Translations under genes and position numbers: made by a program | Origin: a virus | DNA length: 64,000 nt | Virus record (IMG/VR): IMGVR_UViG_3300032309_001546 | Span: 1-64,000 of that record | Strand: one strand, 5' to 3' | Notes under the pieces: generated by a model | Databases searched by the model: none | Seen by the model: only the letters and a program-made list of their open reading frames with translations | Told to the model about the DNA's origin: nothing | In this document: positions 48,818 to 58,173 of the stretch, piece by piece | How the letters are laid out: each line of letters starts with the position of its first letter | How positions within the stretch are numbered: the first letter of the stretch is position 1

Positions 48818-49195
48818 TTACTGTACAGGCTCTTCAGCACTTGTGTTTTTGAACGGCATAGTAATTTCGACTGTGTCGTCCGGACCTGGCTCTGCAAATG
48901 CAAGATCCTTAGCTCCAAAATTATAACCAAGCTGAAATGTAACAAAAAGTAGAATGCCTAATGCATTGACTGACTTCTCATTGCCTAGCGTTGCGAGAGC
49001 TGTAATGAAAGGATCTTCCTTGTCCATTAGAATATCTAAGAACTCTGATATGACAAGTTTGCCTTTTGAATTCTCAATCATATTCTCTTCAGTGATAAGC
49101 TTAAGAAGCTTGTCTATTACATTCTGAAGATTTGTTTCATCTCCGGCTTTATCGAGTAGTTTGAGGCCAGGATTCTTTTCGGGTTGTTGCTGCAT
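48818..49195 (-). CDS. Hypothetical protein
   Basis: 125-aa ORF, tightly packed. Confidence 0.55.
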   Translation of the reverse strand: MQQQPEKNPGLKLLDKAGDETNLQNVIDKLLKLITEENMIENSKGKLVISEFLDILMDKEDPFITALATLGNEKSVNALGILLFVTFQLGYNFGAKDLAFAEPGPDDTVEITMPFKNTSAEEPVQ

Positions 49196-49197
49196 TG

Positions 49198-49746
49198 CTA
49201 TCCTTCGGGTAAATAAGTTATAAATAAGTTGCCATTAGAATGGTTAAAATTATAAGGAATGCCATGTTGGTCCACAGGTTTCATCCCCATTGCTTGAAAG
49301 AAATAGGGATTGTAACCATATGGATCTTTGAATCTACTTAAGTGGTTGCGAAGCTCTCCAGCTACATATGGACTGTTAGTATAGATCCTAAGTTTTGTTC
49401 CTGTCATTAAGCTATTGAATCCTAAGCCCCTAGTATACTGTTTAAGTGCAAGACTTGCAAGTAAAAAAGTAGTCTTAGTGTAAATGTCATAGCCCTCAGG
49501 AAGCAACTCTTCATATTTATAGACAAAGAAATCTGTTTTGTCCATATCTATATTTGGACCTTCGGTGGATCCATATCTATAAATAACCATCTTCTCTGTG
49601 TCATCAAAGAATAGGCCAATATGAGTCCACAAGCCAGATCTATATGGGAAGCCAGGTATCGGATTGAAGCCATATCCAAAAGAAAAGGCTATAGTCCAGA
49701 TATAAGTTCGAATTTTATCTAATACTTTATAATAAAAATTCTTCAT
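49198..49746 (-). CDS. Hypothetical protein (weak RNase H-like segment)
   Basis: 182 aa; 'KLRIYTNSPYVAGEL' resembles the RNase H 'v.IyTDS.YV' strand. Confidence 0.5.
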   Translation of the reverse strand: MKNFYYKVLDKIRTYIWTIAFSFGYGFNPIPGFPYRSGLWTHIGLFFDDTEKMVIYRYGSTEGPNIDMDKTDFFVYKYEELLPEGYDIYTKTTFLLASLALKQYTRGLGFNSLMTGTKLRIYTNSPYVAGELRNHLSRFKDPYGYNPYFFQAMGMKPVDQHGIPYNFNHSNGNLFITYLPEG

Positions 49747-49754
49747 AGTAGATC

Positions 49755-50282
49755 TTACTTCTTAGGATCTCTTTCGCGCTGTAGATCAAGATGTAGGCCA
49801 GTCATATAGATGCTAGCAGTCCGGCATAGATTGATAAAGATATCCATCTCTCCTGATGTCATTGACGTAGAGATACTATCACCAGCCTCATTGCGCATCG
49901 TAAGCATGTAAGTACCTAGATACTTATCTACGCCACTCTGGAATGTAAGCTTCTTGACATTATCCTCGCTTGCGCCAGGCGGAACGTGAATAAGGTTTAG
50001 AGTTTGACGTTGTGATGTGTCAACCCAGCCATTCATTACACCGTTGTAAAAGCTAAGGATCTGGTAGATATCGTTAATGCCTACGGCAAAAACAATCTTA
50101 TTACCCCAATCAAAGGTGTTATGGCCACCTTCGTTCTTGCCACCAGTTGCACGGGCAAACTGGAGATACACTGCGCCTTCCTTTTCTACTTGCTTACCGT
50201 AGTCACTATCTTTAGTGGTTACTGGAATGTAAGAGATCTGGAGTGCGCTACTTTTCTTGACAATCTGAAATTGCTTTGACAT
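49755..50282 (-). CDS. Whirly-like ssDNA-binding protein
   Basis: Collinear with plant Whirly motifs: KKSSAL~KGKAAL, EGAVYLQFA~EG.VMLQFA, FDWGNKIVFAV~YDW.RKQVFSL, HVP~HDP, MTSGEM~VTKAEF, YMTGL~YLLGW. Confidence 0.75.
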   Translation of the reverse strand: MSKQFQIVKKSSALQISYIPVTTKDSDYGKQVEKEGAVYLQFARATGGKNEGGHNTFDWGNKIVFAVGINDIYQILSFYNGVMNGWVDTSQRQTLNLIHVPPGASEDNVKKLTFQSGVDKYLGTYMLTMRNEAGDSISTSMTSGEMDIFINLCRTASIYMTGLHLDLQRERDPKK

Positions 50283-50316
50283 TTTTCCTCTTTTGTTCTA
50301 ATTATTTCCTACAATA

Positions 50317-50784
50317 TTAAATAATAAAATCTTCCCAGATATCAAAACCTGGTTCTTGGACTTGCAACTTCCAATTAAATTTCTCGACCAAACGACTAAG
50401 ATAAAAACAAACAGTATTTTCATCTTCAAACAGATCTACTGATCTAAGAGTGATTTGCTCAGTATAAACTAGATCTTTGTCTTTTGCAAGAGGATCGCTT
50501 TTATAAGTCACACTAAACAACTCCTTATTCAAAGTAGTATTGAATATAGAGTACGGTTGTAGATCAATCAAAGTTTTAAAATCTTCAGACAGAACATTAA
50601 AAACTCCTTTGTTGTAACAAGAAAGTTTGAATGTATCTTTATCTAATCGATCCCAAACAAGACTAAATCCAACGCCCTTATAATCGTCTTCTTCTTTGAT
50701 GACGAAGGGCTTTGGATGGTCTTGCATTACTCTTATGCTATTTAATTCAAAAGACTCTTTTGAAGCGGCAAATCTTTGAGGCAT
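50317..50784 (-). CDS. Hypothetical protein
   Basis: 155-aa ORF. Confidence 0.55.
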   Translation of the reverse strand: MPQRFAASKESFELNSIRVMQDHPKPFVIKEEDDYKGVGFSLVWDRLDKDTFKLSCYNKGVFNVLSEDFKTLIDLQPYSIFNTTLNKELFSVTYKSDPLAKDKDLVYTEQITLRSVDLFEDENTVCFYLSRLVEKFNWKLQVQEPGFDIWEDFII

Positions 50785-51212
50785 TTAATTTTCCGGGGTT
50801 TAGGTGGTAATCTTTTGCTCTTTGGGACAAGAGCTTCAGGGTTAAGCAAGTTAATATTTTTACCAGAAATTAATGTATAAAAATTATTAATATTCTCTTT
50901 ATAAACAACATGGGCAAGCCATAGTCTCATCATGTCTGGTTCTTCTGCTATTACTTGCAAAGCATCTTCTTCACTATTTAGTTCATTGATCATGTCAGTT
51001 ATGAATACAAGTTTAGGATCAAGTTGTCTAATCATGTATTTGTTTTCTTCAATTTGCTCTTCGACGGAAAGTTTCTCGCCTTGGGGCATAGTAAATTCAG
51101 GAATCTTAGTCTGAGACTCAGGATTTACAATTGCAAGTTCCCGGGTCTCAGGTTGTATAAGCTCTTCAGTCTTATTAAAGAATTTATTAAAAGTTCTACT
51201 AATGATCCCCAT
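50742..51212 (-). CDS. Hypothetical protein
   Basis: Start moved to ATG 51212 (MGIIS), overlapping the end of thyX. Confidence 0.5.
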   Translation of the reverse strand: MGIISRTFNKFFNKTEELIQPETRELAIVNPESQTKIPEFTMPQGEKLSVEEQIEENKYMIRQLDPKLVFITDMINELNSEEDALQVIAEEPDMMRLWLAHVVYKENINNFYTLISGKNINLLNPEALVPKSKRLPPKPRKIKCLKDLPLQKSLLN

Positions 51213-52086
51213 TAGCAATCCTATTAAATTTTTCTTCAAACTCTAGCAACTCGCCTTTGCTAAAGTTAGTCCCTTGAATAGCTGCATTGAAAGCTTCTTT
51301 GCCAGTAAAGGGAATGAGATAGCGTAAAGCGTCTAGCTCTACCTTACTGAAAGTAACTCCACCTTGCCAGTAGTCTTCGAATGCTTCCCAGGTCCAAGGA
51401 CAATGTAGTTTTACAAACTCTGCAATTGCTTCTGCAAATACGCGGATCTCATACTGAGCATGAGGATCTAGACGAAGTCTAAGCATCTTGAGAAGATTAA
51501 GCAAGTCGCACTTCCATACAACACGTGTATATAGATTGACAGGAAGTACCATGCGGGCCTGTTCACGACTAACACCAACCTGAATCAACTGTTGATAAAG
51601 CTTATAGGCTTCATCAGTCTGATGATTCATAACTGCTGTTGCTGTTTCCTTGGGACCAATAAAGGGATTAAAGTCACCTTCAGCGCTTCCTTGCTTATTG
51701 GTAGTGCTTTGAGCTCTAAGAGTATCAGGTTCATAGAATACATCTTCCATTACACTGTAACGTGCGCTCTCCTCGTTAAGACTAGCAGTTCTGTGACGAA
51801 CTAGCTGGCGCATAACAAAGATAGGTAAACGCATCTCAAACTTAAACTCTACCATTTCAAGAGGACTAGTATGCCAGTGACGCATAAGATAACGTAGCAA
51901 TTGCTTATCTGACTGCTTGCGCGTCGTACCCGACTGGTAACTAACTCTAGCAGCATCAATAATTGCATAGTCAGCAATGTTAGTATTAAATGAAAGATCC
52001 TCTGCATCAGCATGAGGCATAACATCAATTAACTTAACATAACCATGATCAAGACATGGAATTAAATCATTAGTTCTTTCCAGCAT
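51199..52086 (-). CDS. thyX: Flavin-dependent thymidylate synthase
   Basis: 'AARVSY', 'HTSPLE', 'RQLVRHRTASLNEESARY', 'EQARMVLP' and 'HAQYEIR'. Confidence 0.96.
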   Translation of the reverse strand: MLERTNDLIPCLDHGYVKLIDVMPHADAEDLSFNTNIADYAIIDAARVSYQSGTTRKQSDKQLLRYLMRHWHTSPLEMVEFKFEMRLPIFVMRQLVRHRTASLNEESARYSVMEDVFYEPDTLRAQSTTNKQGSAEGDFNPFIGPKETATAVMNHQTDEAYKLYQQLIQVGVSREQARMVLPVNLYTRVVWKCDLLNLLKMLRLRLDPHAQYEIRVFAEAIAEFVKLHCPWTWEAFEDYWQGGVTFSKVELDALRYLIPFTGKEAFNAAIQGTNFSKGELLEFEEKFNRIANGDH

Positions 52087-52801
52087 CCTTCTTCTCCGAC
52101 AAATGTGTAACATTCATTACTGGGACTCTATTTGATAAATCATTATAAGCTTGTCCAATATTAAAAGCAGTAGTCAGCTCACTTATGAGTTGTCCATTCT
52201 CTTTATTGGCGACCTTCTTATAAACCATATAATGTGTTCTATAAGAAAGATTAGACTTGTTGTCAATCACTCGCTTAACAAAAGCAGAGTAATTATCAGC
52301 AGATGAAATAAAGATTTCCTTATCTTCGTCCAAGTCCCATAGGCTATACTTTGTATATATGTTATAGGTATCAACACCATTCATTACGCTAGGAAAATCA
52401 AATTTCTTAGGACCCTTGAATAGTTCTAGCTCGTCTGGATCGTCATTGTACTCTTCTTCAGCATTCTGAAGAGCACCAATAACATTTCTATAACCTAAAA
52501 AGATGTCAACAATTCCTGCTAGCAGGCTTGCATAGGGAACATAAGCAGTCTCATTCTCGCTAGCGGCGAATTGAAATCTTTCATGTAGATCGTCAACTTC
52601 AATATCTTTTGAGAGAGTCTCGCTAGTTAATGCTTCATTAGGAAATTGAATATGAATTTCCTTAGGATTGATATGATCAACAAAGGTAATCTCACGTTCC
52701 CAATAGTAAATTGTTTTGATTATTCTATTGAGACTAGATAGAAGAGTATATGTTAGTCCAGCAACACCTAGTAATGCAATTATTAGTGTTAAGGAAGCCA
52801 T
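52070..52801 (-). CDS. Membrane-anchored hypothetical protein
   Basis: N-terminal TM helix 'LTLIIALLGVAGLTYTLL'. Confidence 0.6.
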   Translation of the reverse strand: MASLTLIIALLGVAGLTYTLLSSLNRIIKTIYYWEREITFVDHINPKEIHIQFPNEALTSETLSKDIEVDDLHERFQFAASENETAYVPYASLLAGIVDIFLGYRNVIGALQNAEEEYNDDPDELELFKGPKKFDFPSVMNGVDTYNIYTKYSLWDLDEDKEIFISSADNYSAFVKRVIDNKSNLSYRTHYMVYKKVANKENGQLISELTTAFNIGQAYNDLSNRVPVMNVTHLSEKKDAGKN

Positions 52802-53337
52802 TACTTCTTCACATGCTCAAAGTACCCAGAGCCATTACAGATGTAACAAACAACAGAAGCTTCAGGAGGAGCATTAGGATCAATGCCATCTCCATAGCAA
52901 GCATGGCATACATTGTTATACTTACGGTATAAGAAGGCACATTCTGCAGCAGCAGGAGTCTTCTTTACAGTATTGTAAACAAACTGCCAAAGCTGAAGAC
53001 CCCATTCCCATGCCATATAAGCATGATCAGATTCTTCTCTGGTTTCATATGTTCCCTTCTCAAAGACTTTGCTAGAGAATGGAATAACTGCGACTACGAT
53101 ACGATCAGGATCATTAGGGTTAGCTAATGACATGCGCATTGTAAAGTCAGGAAAAGAAAGAAGACGGTCTTCTTCCCACTCTGCTACAACTGGCATAGAG
53201 ACTAGATGTGGTTCCTCTGCTGTTACAATCGTTTCGTTCTGATAATGCCAATGGTTAGTTTCTGCCTCGACAAAAACAGACTTGGCATCCAGCTTTAGTT
53301 CAAAATTTTCAAATAATTCTTCTAACGTATACTTCAT
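52801..53337 (-). CDS. Hypothetical protein with a C-terminal DnaJ-type zinc finger
   Basis: Two CxxCxGxG repeats: 'CHACYGDG' and 'CYICNGSG'. Confidence 0.65.
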   Translation of the reverse strand: MKYTLEELFENFELKLDAKSVFVEAETNHWHYQNETIVTAEEPHLVSMPVVAEWEEDRLLSFPDFTMRMSLANPNDPDRIVVAVIPFSSKVFEKGTYETREESDHAYMAWEWGLQLWQFVYNTVKKTPAAAECAFLYRKYNNVCHACYGDGIDPNAPPEASVVCYICNGSGYFEHVKK

Positions 53338-53360
53338 ATAACACCGTGGTTATAGGTTAA

Positions 53361-53385
53361 TAAAATAAAACCCCAGATTGGGGTT
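53361..53385 (-). terminator. Intrinsic terminator
   Basis: AACCCCA-ATC-TGGGGTT followed by TTATTTTA on the - strand. Confidence 0.75.
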
Positions 53386-53400
53386 CTAATAATAATCATA

Positions 53401-55374
53401 TTAGCAATTTAATTTTTCAATTGCAAGTTTAATTGCTGTTGGACTAGCTGCAAACTTATTTACAAATCGAAAAACATCACTAGGCTCTGTAAAGTCATAT
53501 TCATAATGTAGCTTAATAGCAAGATAGCTTTGTGATCTTAATTCTTCCGGGCTAATTAGCCCAGCATTATAAAGAGCATTCTTGCTTTTCTCATTACTAG
53601 GTACAGGAAGACTTTCTACTTTATAGACGAAACTAGTTGTGCCCGAGTTTGTAAGTTGCTCTAGCGCTACAACTGGAACACGATCAGCCAAAATGTCTTG
53701 CTCTAGAACAGTTCTTAGTCTAGAGAAAATTTGACGAATAACAGGGACCTGTTGTTGAGCAGATACAATTGCTCTACCGTAAGCCTCAAGACAGTCGCTT
53801 AGGATATCTAACTGCTTGCGAGTAAAAGGTAGCTCATTAAGAAGCCAACCATATTGTCTCATAGTCCGGCTACTGACAGTTTTAACCCGGCGATTACTAT
53901 TGTAAAGCTTGATTATGTTCTGAATTGAATCTCTGTTACGTCTAGATTTTGGGCTATTCAAGTACTTAAATGCTGTTTCTTTCCATGCAATATACTCTGC
54001 ACTTTCATAACCATACATCTCGACTGTCTTGGTAAGGTAGCCAAGCTTATCTTGTAGCTTCTTAGGCAGCATAAAGTAGATGGCATCCTCTGCATTACCA
54101 GTCTTGAATATATCCGCGGCTTCCTTGCTTGATGTAACTGCTAGGGTTGTATTCTTACCAACAGTAAGAACATAGTAATTAGTATTAATTCTTTCTAGGA
54201 TACTAGACTTAAGAGTTAAGTAGTTGTCAATTAGCTCACTTAATCCCTCATGTCCAATGGCTTGCAAGCAAGGAGCAGGCTTTTTATTATTATAAAGATC
54301 TGCGCTCCAATCCATCACATCTCTATAGGACCTATCAGAGATAAGATGTTGTTTTAACTTATCCCAGTATAGATCTTCTGTAAGCTCTCGGATATGGCCT
54401 ACAATAAAAGCAGTAATGGCGTTGTCTTCATTGATTGCATTAGCAAGATAAGAGTAATTTTTCTTAGCTTCTGCTAGATTGTCCGGAGTAACTGGAAGAT
54501 GATCAATTGAGTCAAGCTCTCCATCTTGATTATAGATGGGAAGAATTCCACTAGCAGAGAGAAGCTTGTGCATTTCTTCAATTCTAAATGCTGTTGAGCT
54601 TGGTTGGAAAGAGTTAGGGCTCTTATATAATTTCAGAGCACTAATCCCTGGACCATAAGGTCCAAAGACTTTCTTGCCATTTCTTAAAGCAAATCCGAAC
54701 TGACGAGTGCCTTCGGCCAATTTAATTTCATACTCATCATGAATGTCATGAATAACTTTGACAGACTGAACATCTGCATAAGGTACGCTTGAGATTACAC
54801 GACCAGCATTAGCTCCACTGGCAGTGAACTCTTCAACTAGTCGAGTAGCATCAGCATCATAAGCATGTTCCTGTGCGTAGATGATGGCATCCATTGCCCA
54901 CGAGGGAGCATGAATAAAGCCTTCCTCTTCGACTTGGCGAGCTTCATAGCCACGGATCTCTGCTACCATACTAGCAAGGCTGTTGTAACGATCTGAGTCT
55001 ACTTCACCTTTGGCTTCAAGCTTACTCATCTCAGCCAAGGTCCACTCAAGAGCAGGATCACTTTCAATCATACGATTGACTGGTCCGAGGTCTGACTGGT
55101 CTGCGTCTGGATGCTCCCAAGGATACTGGATAAAACTTAAAGTTCTACTACCAGGATAAAGAGCTTCAAGAGCTTCGTCTCCAAAAGGCAACCGTCTGGC
55201 CTCACGCCAGTCTGGATCGCCAACATCTCCGATACTTAGGAAATTAGCAGTAGCGTATTGAGCCTCTGCATTTCCATATGCACCAGTATAACCTAAAGCA
55301 GCTGGAGTCCAGTGCTGTAAGCTATATTCATTCTCATCGAAAATACTGAAATCAATATTCATTCTCTTGCTCAT
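53401..55374 (-). CDS. Large hypothetical protein (657 aa)
   Basis: Long ORF with GGAG RBS; no recognised motif; hairpins on both sides. Confidence 0.7.
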   Translation of the reverse strand: MSKRMNIDFSIFDENEYSLQHWTPAALGYTGAYGNAEAQYATANFLSIGDVGDPDWREARRLPFGDEALEALYPGSRTLSFIQYPWEHPDADQSDLGPVNRMIESDPALEWTLAEMSKLEAKGEVDSDRYNSLASMVAEIRGYEARQVEEEGFIHAPSWAMDAIIYAQEHAYDADATRLVEEFTASGANAGRVISSVPYADVQSVKVIHDIHDEYEIKLAEGTRQFGFALRNGKKVFGPYGPGISALKLYKSPNSFQPSSTAFRIEEMHKLLSASGILPIYNQDGELDSIDHLPVTPDNLAEAKKNYSYLANAINEDNAITAFIVGHIRELTEDLYWDKLKQHLISDRSYRDVMDWSADLYNNKKPAPCLQAIGHEGLSELIDNYLTLKSSILERINTNYYVLTVGKNTTLAVTSSKEAADIFKTGNAEDAIYFMLPKKLQDKLGYLTKTVEMYGYESAEYIAWKETAFKYLNSPKSRRNRDSIQNIIKLYNSNRRVKTVSSRTMRQYGWLLNELPFTRKQLDILSDCLEAYGRAIVSAQQQVPVIRQIFSRLRTVLEQDILADRVPVVALEQLTNSGTTSFVYKVESLPVPSNEKSKNALYNAGLISPEELRSQSYLAIKLHYEYDFTEPSDVFRFVNKFAASPTAIKLAIEKLNC

Positions 55375-55404
55375 ATTTTCTCCATTGCTTAGTGCAAATA
55401 CAAA

Positions 55405-55432
55405 CTACAAAACAAGGCCGGCGCAGCCGGCC
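55405..55432 (-). terminator. Intrinsic terminator after the UDG gene
   Basis: GGCCGGC-TGC-GCCGGCC followed by TTGTTTTGTAG on the - strand. Confidence 0.65.
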
Positions 55433-55447
55433 CATTCTAAGTCTATT

Positions 55448-56104
55448 TTAAATATTAGCAGTATCGATATAAGATTTAGCTTTCAAGAATTTCTCATTGT
55501 AATTAGATTCAAAAACTTGCCATTCTCCTTCATCTAGAAAATTCTTCTGACGAAGATAGTAGCTAGGATGATAAATAGGAACGACTGGATAAACCTTAGA
55601 GCCAAGGCCAAAAGTATAAGTACGAGAAGCGTTGTTATACTCAATGTACTTAGAACTAAAAGTTCCTGTTAACTGTAGTCCGGAGATTGCACTCTTACCC
55701 AAGGTTATAATTACACTTGGATTTAATTCTTCAATCTGTCTTACAAGATAATGAGAGCAATTCTTAATCTCATCTTCAGTTGGCGTCCTGTTCTTGTCTG
55801 GTCTACATTTAACTATGTTTGTAACATAACTATAATGTTGAAGCTCATGTAGGTTTAGATACTTGTCTAGGACTTTACCACTAACGCCCATGAAAGGCAT
55901 TCCTACTTGATCTTCAGTTTCGCCAGGGGCCTCACCAATAATCATAATAGGTAGAGCTTTGTCTTGCCAAGGAGCAGCAGTTGTCTTGGTATACTTATCA
56001 ATTACAACTTGTGTTCGTGAAGCACATAGAGCAGTACATTTCTTACATTTCTTAATTTCTTCTTTGCGAATTGCTAAATTAAAAAGTTCTTTATTAAAGA
56101 TCAT
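55448..56104 (-). CDS. Uracil-DNA glycosylase, family 4 (Fe-S)
   Basis: 'CKKCTALC', 'IGEAPGETED..G.PF.G.SG', 'TNIVKCRP..NRTP', 'IITLG' and 'YHPSY'. Confidence 0.93.
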   Translation of the reverse strand: MIFNKELFNLAIRKEEIKKCKKCTALCASRTQVVIDKYTKTTAAPWQDKALPIMIIGEAPGETEDQVGMPFMGVSGKVLDKYLNLHELQHYSYVTNIVKCRPDKNRTPTEDEIKNCSHYLVRQIEELNPSVIITLGKSAISGLQLTGTFSSKYIEYNNASRTYTFGLGSKVYPVVPIYHPSYYLRQKNFLDEGEWQVFESNYNEKFLKAKSYIDTANI

Positions 56105-56637
56105 TCGATACCCGAAAGTAAAAGGTTTCCTTCTTTAATAATGCCTAATGCATTATCAGTTTGATAAGCAACAGCAGTTTTAATATCTTTTTTAAGCGTA
56201 TCTAAAGATAAGATTTGAAAACTAGGATTAACTCTAGCCTTTTTATTAGAAAATGAAAGCCAAAAGAAAATAAAATGCTGAGACTCTTTATCAAAAAGAA
56301 CAAGAAATCTTTGCTTTTTATTTTTATCTCTTAGCTCTGCAAGTTTATCTCTCCATACATAGTGGCAAACCATAGGCAAATAACAAAGTTCATAAATGCC
56401 CAAGACACCAAAGTCATTCATTGTTTTATGAACAGACTTAATATCATTTTGAGTAACTGCAAAAGACCCAGTAGGAAAACTAGTACCTACTGTAGATATT
56501 AGACTATGAAGATAAGCAAAACAATAATAGCCGACTAAGCTCATAGGCTTGTCAGCTAAAATATTGTATTTGATTTTCTCTTCTATATCAGTGCCAAACT
56601 TATCTTTAAACTTAAATAAGCTAAAGATATTGGTCAT
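56101..56637 (-). CDS. Hypothetical protein
   Basis: 178-aa ORF coupled at both ends. Confidence 0.55.
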   Translation of the reverse strand: MTNIFSLFKFKDKFGTDIEEKIKYNILADKPMSLVGYYCFAYLHSLISTVGTSFPTGSFAVTQNDIKSVHKTMNDFGVLGIYELCYLPMVCHYVWRDKLAELRDKNKKQRFLVLFDKESQHFIFFWLSFSNKKARVNPSFQILSLDTLKKDIKTAVAYQTDNALGIIKEGNLLLSGIE

Positions 56638-57095
56638 TACAAGACTCGATTAATTAGACTTGAGTAGATCTTACGATCATTTCTTTCCCTTGAATTCTTA
56701 AGCGAATCAAACTGCACAATCTTTGTCTGGTTATAAGACCATTCAGATAGATCAGCAATTTCTAAGTACAAATTAACCTTATTGCAATGCTTCTTGCCAC
56801 CATCAGTATAGTAATCAAACCAAGTACTAACGTAAGATAAGGTCTCTTTGTCAGTGCTATTAGTAGGATAGATGGCAATTGCGGCATCTCTAGTGACAGA
56901 GTCTTCTGTTAGATGAACAGCAGCTACAAGATCTAGAGTAGCATTATGTAGTTCTTCATGCTCATACTTACCAAGATCCTCATTCTCTTCGTCGCTTTCC
57001 ACCTTGAGCTCATCTGGGATAAAGATAGTTAAAGTATCAAGATCCTCATCAGAATGGTCGTCAATAAAAGCATTGATATCGAAATCTTCTTCCAT
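56637..57095 (-). CDS. Acidic hypothetical protein
   Basis: 152 aa, D/E-rich N-terminus. Confidence 0.55.
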   Translation of the reverse strand: MEEDFDINAFIDDHSDEDLDTLTIFIPDELKVESDEENEDLGKYEHEELHNATLDLVAAVHLTEDSVTRDAAIAIYPTNSTDKETLSYVSTWFDYYTDGGKKHCNKVNLYLEIADLSEWSYNQTKIVQFDSLKNSRERNDRKIYSSLINRVL

Positions 57096-57097
57096 GT

Positions 57098-58171
57098 TTA
57101 TCTCACTAGTGAAGTGTTATTTTCAGATGTAATACTAGGTGAACAAATAAGCTTTGTTGCACTTTGAAATTCAGCAAGTGTATGGCTATTAGTATAGCTC
57201 ATAGCACTACGTAGGTTACCTTCAATGCCCTTGAGCAAGTCAACAACAGGTTCGGTCATAGGTATAAGGCCAGCTTGCCCTTCAATACTACTCTTATTGT
57301 TATAAGAGCTGCTTGCAAGACCTGCATATTCCTTGTACCAGACTCCAGTGCTTTCATTAAGTACGGCAGTAGCTGCACTTTCTGGAGTAGCGGCCAACAT
57401 CTTACCCAACATAACAAGATCTGCACCAGATGCAAGAGCTTTGCAAATGTCACCATTGGTACGAATACCACCATCAGCAACAATATAAGCAGGAGCTGCT
57501 ACGTCTTTTGGATAGGTATAAAGCAAACGCTTACGCTCTGCGCTGCAGCGAGCAAGGGTTGTGATATTACCTGCACCTACTCCAGTATTAATGCGAGTAG
57601 TGCATGCGCTGCCACCGCCAATGCCAACACGAACATAATCGCATAGACTAGCAATACGGCTATAAGCAAGTTCGTTTGTTACATTGCCTGCCCAGATGAA
57701 GACACCTTCGTCAAAGCGAAGATCTTGTAGCTTGATTAGATAGTCATAAAGGCTATCAAGATTACCATTAGCAATGTCAACTAGGACATGTGCAATTTCA
57801 TACTCGCTTACTTTATGAAGCAACTTATCAAGTGGATAGTCAAGGCCAATGCTAATGCCACAGCCTCGCATATACATCTCATCTAGCTCATGCTCAGGCC
57901 TGAATCTATCAGCAAAGATAGCAAATGGCCTATAAGTGGAGTCAGTGATTGCATCCATAAAGGCGTGACTAGCAATGCTTGGCATAGGACTAGCAACAAT
58001 TGGCAAAGCATCAAAAGGTTTCTGATAGTAACCATTCTCATTCCTATGATATGGATTAATATTAGCTCCATATCGGCTATTAATATCGGATACTGGCGCT
58101 TGATTAAGCAAAACGTCATCATAGGTAAGCTGATAATTAGCAGCTACCGCATCCTCAAACTTAAAAAACAT
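57098..58171 (-). CDS. GMP reductase / IMP dehydrogenase family protein (no CBS domains)
   Basis: 'LTYDDVLL', 'VDIANG', 'AGNV', 'RVGIGGGSACTTR', 'VADGGIR..GDI.KAL..GA', 'EG' and 'LRSAMSY'. Confidence 0.9.
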   Translation of the reverse strand: MFFKFEDAVAANYQLTYDDVLLNQAPVSDINSRYGANINPYHRNENGYYQKPFDALPIVASPMPSIASHAFMDAITDSTYRPFAIFADRFRPEHELDEMYMRGCGISIGLDYPLDKLLHKVSEYEIAHVLVDIANGNLDSLYDYLIKLQDLRFDEGVFIWAGNVTNELAYSRIASLCDYVRVGIGGGSACTTRINTGVGAGNITTLARCSAERKRLLYTYPKDVAAPAYIVADGGIRTNGDICKALASGADLVMLGKMLAATPESAATAVLNESTGVWYKEYAGLASSSYNNKSSIEGQAGLIPMTEPVVDLLKGIEGNLRSAMSYTNSHTLAEFQSATKLICSPSITSENNTSLVR

Positions 58172-58173
58172 TT

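Noticed and set aside
53401-55374. Chimallin (phage nucleus shell) assignment
   Set aside because: Only the size is similar; no recognisable sequence match, and a sigma factor plus DnaE is not the usual gene context of nucleus-forming phages
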